DNA from: an uncultured Verrucomicrobiae bacterium
Lineage (GTDB): Bacteria; Verrucomicrobiota; Verrucomicrobiia; Chthoniobacterales; JAFAMB01
Direction: 5' to 3'
Assembly: GCA_963837955.1 (NCBI GenBank)
Contig: CAWIPH010000002.1
Coordinates: forward strand, 2,464,001-2,528,000
DNA: 64,000 nt
Below the pieces are notes generated by a model, which did no database searches, was not told where the DNA came from, and worked only from the letters and a program-made list of their open reading frames with translations. Shown here piece by piece: positions 58,016-64,000 of the stretch. Each line of letters begins with the position of its first letter. Position 1 is the first letter of the stretch. Made by a program: the position numbers and the translations under genes.

Positions 58016-60946
58016 CTACACCAATGCGTCCGCCAGGATCTCCACAGGGTGCTGCGCAATTCGGCCGGTACCATCCTTAATCTGGTGACGGCAGCTTGTG
58101 CCGGGCGCGGCGATTAGCGTGTCGACCGGCGTTGCCCGGATCGCCGGTAGTAGAACCAGTTCTCCAATCTGCATTGAGATCGCGAAATGTTCCTTTTCGT
58201 AGCCAAACGATCCAGCCATGCCGCAACAACCAGACGGAATGACTTGCACTTTGTAATTCAGAGGTAGTTCAAGCGCTTTGACAGTGGGAGCGACCGAGGC
58301 AAGTGCCTTCTGGTGGCAATGACCGTGAAGCTTAATCTGCCGCGATTGTTGGGTGAAAGCCTCGCGCCGGATACGGCCGGAATCGGCCTCGCGGGCGATA
58401 AATTCATCGATCAGAAGCGCATTTTTGGCGAGCGCTTTGGCCGCGCCAATTAGCTTTGTCGGAACAAGGTCAGGCACTTCGTCGCGAAAACCCAGTATAG
58501 CTGATGGTTCGATACCGATAAGCGGCGTGTCGGTTTTTACCACATCTTTGAGTAACTCTACGTTGCGGATAGCTAATCGTTGCGCATCGCGTAATAGGCC
58601 TTTGGAAATTTGGGCACGACCACTATCGACGTGCTTCGGAATAATCACCTCATAGCCCAAGCGGTTGAGCAGCTGCGTGGCTTTGATACCAATCTCGGCG
58701 TCGTTGAAGTTAGTAAACTCGTCGCAAAAAAGAAAAACGCGTCCGTTCGGAAAAGGGCCGCTTTGCTCAGCGTACCGCCGGTGCCAGCGCCGGAGAGTTG
58801 TTTTAGACAACTCGGGCATTGAGCGCTTCTGAGCGAAGCCGGAAAATCGTTTTAAGAGCGATCCGGTTATAGCGTTGCCGACTACCAAATTATAAACGGC
58901 TGGAGCAACCGAAGCCAACGTCATCGCCTGCGAAAAACCGGCAATCAGGCGGGAGCGTAAGGGTACCCCGCGGGCGTCGTAGAACTGCTGGAGCCATTCG
59001 GCCTTGAGACGAGCGACATCCACGTTGGAGGGACATTCGGACTTGCAGCCCTTGCAGGAAAGACAGAGGTCCATCACCTCTGCTACTTCATCGCTGTCGA
59101 ACGGGTTGAGTTTTGAGGAACGGGTGAGGACTTCTCGCAGGATGTTTGCTCGGGCTCGGGTCGTATCGCGCTCGTTTCGCGTCGCCATGAAGCTCGGGCA
59201 CATGGTGCCACCCATGAGGTGTGATTTGCGGCAGTCTCCCGAGCCATTGCACTGTTCGGCTGCGCGCAGGATTCCGCGAGAATCCGAAAAATTGAGGACG
59301 GTGCTGAATTCGCGCGCGGTCTGGCTAGGTTCGTACCGTAGGTTTCCATCCATCGGAGGCGTCTCGACGATTTTGCCAGGATTGAAGACACCTGACGGAT
59401 CCCAGGTCTGCTTGATTTCTCGGAAGAGCGCATAGTTTTTCTCGCCCACCATGAGTGGCAGAAATTCCCCGCGTAGCCGGCCATCACCGTGTTCGCCGCT
59501 GAGTGACCCACCATAGCGCTTCACTAGACGCGCGACCTCGGTCGCAATAACCCGAAAGAGCCGCCGGCCATCTTCCGCCTTAAGATTTAGAATCGGACGT
59601 AGATGTAACTCGCCTGAAGCGGCATGACCGTAGTGAACGGCGGATAGATTGTAACGTCGGAGGATATCATCGAAATCGCGCACAAATGTCGGCAGATCCT
59701 CCGGATCGACGGCAGTATCTTCGATCACCGCCACCGGTTTAGCATCTCCAGGTATATTGGAGAGCAAGCCCAGTGCTGCTTTGCGGAGATTCCAGACGCG
59801 GTTCTGATCTGCTCCCCAAACGGTTGAGTAGTGGTACCCGAGACCGGCATCGCGTAACTCGGTCTCGAGGCGCGTCGCTACGGTAGCAATTTTCCCGCGC
59901 GTTAAAGCAGCAAACTCAACTGCGAGAATGGCGCCCGGATCGCCTTGGACAAAGAAACGGTTTTTCCGCTGCTCTAGATTTGTCTTAGTACATTCAAGAA
60001 TATAGTGGTCGATCAGCTCACAGGAACGCGGGGCATAGCGCAGCGCCACAAGGTTGGCGTGTAACGCCTCGTCGATCGCAGAACAGTGGACGCAGACGAG
60101 AGCGCTTTCAGGCGGCGGCAAGGGTTCGCATGCTAACGTGATTTCGGTAAGAAAGGCCAGGGTGCCCTCGGATCCGGCAACGAGCCGGCAGAAATTAAAA
60201 GCTGGACCGTTGGGCGTGAACGGTGCGCAGGACGCAAGCGCATCGAGGGCGTAGCCCGTGTTACGCCGATGGATCGACTTCTTCGGGAACTCGCGTGCTA
60301 TCTCGTCACGGTTATCGGCATCATCCAGCATCTGGTTAATCTGGCGATAGAGCGCTGCCTCTAGCGAAGTGCCGGAAGACTTTGCCGCCAATTCAATCGG
60401 TGAAAGCGGACCAAACTCGACGATCGATCCGTCACTCAACACCGCGCGCGCAGCAAACAAATGCTCGCGCGTGCTGCCGTAGACGATGGAGTTGGCGCCG
60501 CACGAATTGTTGCCAACCATACCTCCGATCATTGCTCGATTCTGAGTGGAAGTTTCAGGCGCAAAAAAAAGTCCGTGACCCGCCAGCGCAAGATTCAGTT
60601 CGTTGCGGACAACGCCAGGTTGTACTCGGACACGACGGTTCTCGGCGTCGATCTCGACGATCCGATTGAGGTGGCGCGAAACGTCGACAATGATGCCGCC
60701 GCCGACAACTTGTCCAGCCAATGAGGTACCGGCCGTACGCGGCACCAGCGCCGTGCGCTGCTCGCGGGCAAAATGAACCAGTTGAATGATGTCCGCTTCG
60801 CTCTTCGGAAACGCGACCGCTTGCGGCATCTCGCGATAAACCGAAGCGTCGGTCGCATAGAGCGTCCGCATCGTCACATCGACATGAAGTTCACCTTCCA
60901 ACTTTTCTGAAAGGCGCGCGAAGTCAGGGGGGGCGGGCGATGTCAT
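58016..60946 (-). CDS. FAD-binding and (Fe-S)-binding oxidoreductase (GlcD/GlcF-like fusion, D-2-hydroxyacid dehydrogenase type)
   Basis: LYATDAS, RTAGTSLAGQ, GSEGTL, GHASGELH, SGEHGDG, CNGSGDC..C, CLSCKGCKSECP, HGHCHQ, GCCGMAGSFG. Confidence 0.93.
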   Translation of the reverse strand: MTSPAPPDFARLSEKLEGELHVDVTMRTLYATDASVYREMPQAVAFPKSEADIIQLVHFAREQRTALVPRTAGTSLAGQVVGGGIIVDVSRHLNRIVEIDAENRRVRVQPGVVRNELNLALAGHGLFFAPETSTQNRAMIGGMVGNNSCGANSIVYGSTREHLFAARAVLSDGSIVEFGPLSPIELAAKSSGTSLEAALYRQINQMLDDADNRDEIAREFPKKSIHRRNTGYALDALASCAPFTPNGPAFNFCRLVAGSEGTLAFLTEITLACEPLPPPESALVCVHCSAIDEALHANLVALRYAPRSCELIDHYILECTKTNLEQRKNRFFVQGDPGAILAVEFAALTRGKIATVATRLETELRDAGLGYHYSTVWGADQNRVWNLRKAALGLLSNIPGDAKPVAVIEDTAVDPEDLPTFVRDFDDILRRYNLSAVHYGHAASGELHLRPILNLKAEDGRRLFRVIATEVARLVKRYGGSLSGEHGDGRLRGEFLPLMVGEKNYALFREIKQTWDPSGVFNPGKIVETPPMDGNLRYEPSQTAREFSTVLNFSDSRGILRAAEQCNGSGDCRKSHLMGGTMCPSFMATRNERDTTRARANILREVLTRSSKLNPFDSDEVAEVMDLCLSCKGCKSECPSNVDVARLKAEWLQQFYDARGVPLRSRLIAGFSQAMTLASVAPAVYNLVVGNAITGSLLKRFSGFAQKRSMPELSKTTLRRWHRRYAEQSGPFPNGRVFLFCDEFTNFNDAEIGIKATQLLNRLGYEVIIPKHVDSGRAQISKGLLRDAQRLAIRNVELLKDVVKTDTPLIGIEPSAILGFRDEVPDLVPTKLIGAAKALAKNALLIDEFIAREADSGRIRREAFTQQSRQIKLHGHCHQKALASVAPTVKALELPLNYKVQVIPSGCCGMAGSFGYEKEHFAISMQIGELVLLPAIRATPVDTLIAAPGTSCRHQIKDGTGRIAQHPVEILADALV

Positions 60947-60985
60947 GAACTTGCCAAGTCACCATAGACGAGGCAGCAACTAAGA

Positions 60986-62005
60986 TCATCCTCGAAGCGC
61001 AGTCCGCGCAATTCGTCCTTCGATCGGATAGAGAGGATCACTGTATCCCGGGGTCGAGGCGTGACCCGGGGTCACCAGCCGATCAACCAACGCCTCGTCC
61101 TCTGCGGTGAAATCATAGTTAAGGCTGGCGAGGTACTCCTCCCAGTGGGGTTCGGTCCTCGGGCCGGCAATAGGAGCTGTCACGATCTGGTTGTTGAGCA
61201 CCCACGCAAGCGCGAACTGGCCCGGGGTAATCCCGCGTGAGCTCGCATGTTTACCGAGTTCACGAGCAATTTCCAGGCTCTCGAGTCGCCACTCTGTCTC
61301 CATGATGCGTTTGTCTTTCCGGCCAACCCGTGTATCCCCGGCTGGGGCGCTGTTCGCCGCGTATTTCCCGGTCAAAACGCCGCGAGCCAGCGGGCTATAT
61401 GACGCGACGCCGAGTCCGTAATAAGCGCAGGCAGGCAGGTGCTCGACCTCAGGCATACGATTCAATAGGTTGTAGTACGGTTGGCTCACGACGGGGCGAT
61501 CGATCCCCACCAAATCGCAAAGCCGGCAGATCTCGGCCACGCGCCATGCTCGGAAATTCGACACTCCGAAATACCGGATCTTTCCCTGTCGCAGCAAGTC
61601 AGCGAGTGCATGAACCGTTTCTTCCAGCGGCGTTGTGGGGTCCTCTCGATGGAGATAAAGGATGTCGACGACGTCGGTTCCGAGGCGGCGAAGGCTGGCT
61701 TCGACCGCGTGAAAGGTCCGGCGCCGTGACAGTCCGCGGTCATTTGGGCTTTCACCCGTCGGGTTTGCCAGCTTCGTTGCCAGAATCCACCAGGATCTCT
61801 CGGCCGCGATGGCGCGTCCCACCACCTCCTCAGAGCGGCCGTTGTTGTAGGCGTCGGCCGTATCGATGAAATTGATGCCAGCCTCACGCGCCTTCGTGAT
61901 GATTCGTCCGGAGGTGGGTTCGTCCGTCGGGCCGCCAAACATCATTGCGCCCAAGCAAAGCGGCGAAACCTTGAGACCGCTGCGTCCCAGACCGCGGTAA
62001 TCCAT
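60986..62005 (-). CDS. Aldo/keto reductase
   Basis: LCLGAMMFG, FIDTADAY, LATK, LYLH, GVSNF, SQPYYN, YSPLARG. Confidence 0.95.
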   Translation of the reverse strand: MDYRGLGRSGLKVSPLCLGAMMFGGPTDEPTSGRIITKAREAGINFIDTADAYNNGRSEEVVGRAIAAERSWWILATKLANPTGESPNDRGLSRRRTFHAVEASLRRLGTDVVDILYLHREDPTTPLEETVHALADLLRQGKIRYFGVSNFRAWRVAEICRLCDLVGIDRPVVSQPYYNLLNRMPEVEHLPACAYYGLGVASYSPLARGVLTGKYAANSAPAGDTRVGRKDKRIMETEWRLESLEIARELGKHASSRGITPGQFALAWVLNNQIVTAPIAGPRTEPHWEEYLASLNYDFTAEDEALVDRLVTPGHASTPGYSDPLYPIEGRIARTALRG

Positions 62006-62244
62006 GTTTATTTTCCCTCCGCTTGTTCGCCAGCGTCGCAGATAAGTCTAGAATTGGAAGATCGATGCTGACTTGGCTTCCGGCAAAAGATTGCAGTTTC
62101 CTTTTTGCCGTCTCTTCGAAGCAGTTGGGTCATGCGGAACAATAGCAGAAACGGTTCGGCTGAGCACGGATCGAAGCCGCAATCCTCCCACCATAAAACG
62201 AAATAGCCGATAGCCAATAGCCGACAGCAAGGATCTACGAGCGA

Positions 62245-62550
62245 TTACATAGAGGTCTCCCAACAAGTGGGAAGAGGGGTGCGAAACAAAGAAAGCAGGA
62301 CCACGATCAAGATCAGTCCAAAGCAAAGGACCGACCAAGATTGGGCCCAAGAAAGAAGTCTTGGTGTAATATCGCTCGGTTCCCAAGGGAACATCTTAGC
62401 GGTGTAGCGATTCAGATCGATACCATTCGCGTTCTCTGGGTCGGCATCCGCTGATTTGAATGCTTCTTCGCATGCTGCACAGATCGACTGGCCTTGAAAA
62501 TTCGGAGCGCCGCAGACCGGACAGTGTTGGGTCGAGGGAGATTGATCCAT
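62245..62550 (-). CDS. Small zinc-ribbon membrane protein (hypothetical)
   Basis: CPVC-x10-CAAC at the N-terminus and a C-terminal TM helix. Confidence 0.55.
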   Translation of the reverse strand: MDQSPSTQHCPVCGAPNFQGQSICAACEEAFKSADADPENANGIDLNRYTAKMFPWEPSDITPRLLSWAQSWSVLCFGLILIVVLLSLFRTPLPTCWETSM

Positions 62551-62620
62551 TTCGGAACCTCTGTTTTCTCCCGAAGTCTATCACACATTCCAAGCAACTC
62601 CCACCTTACCTCAATCAAAC

Positions 62621-62729
62621 GTAGCCTGATGCTTCCTCCTTCGTCCCCCCTAAACCCACAAACTACGGCGGACAAGCCAGCCTCAGGAATCCAACGCGCG
62701 CCATCTCCTGAGGCGGAGCATCAGGCTAC
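62621..62729. repeat. Family A REP pair whose left arm is interrupted by a ~45-bp insert
   Basis: gtagcctgatgct|insert|..gcctcaggaatcc...cctgaggcggagcatcaggctac; compare the intact copy at 2643-2708. Confidence 0.8.
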
Positions 62730-62812
62730 TCTCTAATCAGCTCCGAAAAATAAATTTGCGATGCAGCCTGGAGAAATGCTCAACTTGTATGACACGTTTC
62801 TGAAGCCGCGGT

Positions 62813-63028
62813 ATGCCTCCCCCAGAGCATAACGATAGTCGCAGGATTGAAGAGATCATGGACCGAGCACTGTATCTATTCGGGGGAAACGAAAAGGCCC
62901 TTCAAGAATGGCTTAATCGTCCGGACCCGCAACTGAGCGACATGACCCCACAGGAGGTGATTGATTCGGGTCAGCCGGAAGCTGTAGCATTTATAATCGA
63001 AACTGCGTTGGAGGGCGATCCGGACTAG
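62813..63028 (+). CDS. Antitoxin Xre/MbcA/ParS toxin-binding domain protein (DUF2384-like), orphan
   Basis: RALYLFGG...WLNRP..QL...TP.....G...V pattern; no HTH and no adjacent RES toxin. Confidence 0.75.
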   Translation: MPPPEHNDSRRIEEIMDRALYLFGGNEKALQEWLNRPDPQLSDMTPQEVIDSGQPEAVAFIIETALEGDPD

Positions 63029-63278
63029 CAAAACCTGCCGGGGACCGTAACCGCAACAGTCTTCACTCGTTTTTCGCGTCTTTGTGTCAGCGGCAAAATA
63101 TCTTCGCGATTGGTTTTCCGTTTTCGGGAAAACAACAAGCGGATTTCCCAAATCTGGGAGGCCTGCACGTTCAAAGAACAGGGTGATTTCGGCTGGTTCG
63201 GACGGGTTCTCCCTGGGGAAGTGAATTCGAGCCTTCAGATGGTATTGAAGCTGCTATGGGAACATTCGAACAAACCCC

Positions 63279-63479
63279 GTGAACTCTGTAATTCATAAAA
63301 TCAGTCATCCTATTTTTGGTAACTGCGCCTGCTGCGCCAGCTATCGGTCGCTCAAATACGAAGATGTGGAGTTTGGATATCTCTGTATTGAGTGCGCTGA
63401 GCCTACTATGGTTGCCGACATCGAGCTAAACTTCGGCGGATACGGCCTTTGTCGACCAGAAGCGACGAAGAAGAGCTGA
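63279..63479 (+). CDS. Small Cys-rich hypothetical protein
   Basis: CACC ... CIEC pairs; GTG start; no other support. Confidence 0.35.
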   Translation: MNSVIHKISHPIFGNCACCASYRSLKYEDVEFGYLCIECAEPTMVADIELNFGGYGLCRPEATKKS

Positions 63480-63634
63480 TGGGCATGCTGGCGGTATCAG
63501 TTCGGTTGAGATTATCAGCTTAGGTCATTCGAACTGCGAACGGACCCGAAGCGACGCGAAAAGCGTCTGTGTCACCAAAGTGTCCGCGACGGATCGATCC
63601 AGATGAGGAATTCCAGCGGGCAAACGATCTAACA

Positions 63635-63928
63635 TCAGGCGTGCTGACCGGAGCCGGTCGCGACCGGTTTTGAGGTAGGCTCGATGGGGAGCCGGTCGTT
63701 TTCGAATCTTTTCGGTTCCTGTAGTCGAATTGCCTGCTTGCTCCTCGAATACTGCGACTTGTGGCCGTGCGTTGAGTCGACGACCAGAGCCTCGGGACCG
63801 ATCATCAGGACAAAAGAGACCGCACCGAGCAGAGTCAAACCGAGAACCAGCGCCATCGATAGACCTCCGCGAACTAGCGCTCGGTTGCGAAAGAAGCTTG
63901 ACTGCTTAGAGCGTCGGCAAGTCACCAT
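63635..63928 (-). CDS. Hypothetical single-TM protein
   Basis: One hydrophobic helix (ALVLGLTLLGAVSFVLMIG) followed by a polar tail. Confidence 0.35.
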   Translation of the reverse strand: MVTCRRSKQSSFFRNRALVRGGLSMALVLGLTLLGAVSFVLMIGPEALVVDSTHGHKSQYSRSKQAIRLQEPKRFENDRLPIEPTSKPVATGSGQHA

Positions 63929-64000
63929 AAACAGTACGCTTCAGGCCTACTAGAATATTCCCCAAATTTCAAAAAGTCATTTGACAGAGATCGAGTGTCG

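Overview
A 64 kb GC-rich bacterial chromosomal segment. It is probably from a soil Verrucomicrobiota/Chthoniobacterales-like organism; this is inferred only from the ADOP-type permease, the weak Shine-Dalgarno usage and the repeat families. Sugar uptake and catabolism dominate the window. (i) A GntR-regulated non-phosphorylative pentose/sugar-acid cluster at 4.2-16.9 kb: AraD1/GguC, an RbsB-type ABC transporter with an ATPase-permease fusion, an IlvD/Edd dehydratase, a KdaD/XylX-like FAH protein and a KGSA dehydrogenase. (ii) A region at 30.8-48.7 kb with two more sugar ABC systems, a tagatose/psicose-type 3-epimerase and a five-gene operon: xylose-isomerase-like TIM barrel, Gfo/Idh/MocA dehydrogenase, cupin, Tm-1-like ATP-binding protein and TIM-barrel 'signal transduction' protein. 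This is the best candidate for an uncharacterised pathway. Other genes include redox enzymes, malic enzyme, a degenerate PfkB kinase, an MbfA ferritin domain without its membrane domain, an MFS/LysR pair, a PRTase/erythromycin-esterase-like/hydrolase triad, a LigA lacking BRCT and an orphan MbcA/ParS antitoxin. Intergenic DNA is dense in REP/MITE-like elements: a 4 x ~225 bp tandem hairpin array inside an ABC operon, long inverted repeats bracketing an M15 carboxypeptidase gene, nested elements, and repeats that supply gene ends. Three short decayed copies of neighbouring genes (35.35, 42.0 and 54.0 kb) record a duplication or replacement of the sugar locus. I found no tRNA, rRNA, CRISPR array, integrase or transposase. 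All family calls come from motif recognition by eye, not from database searches.
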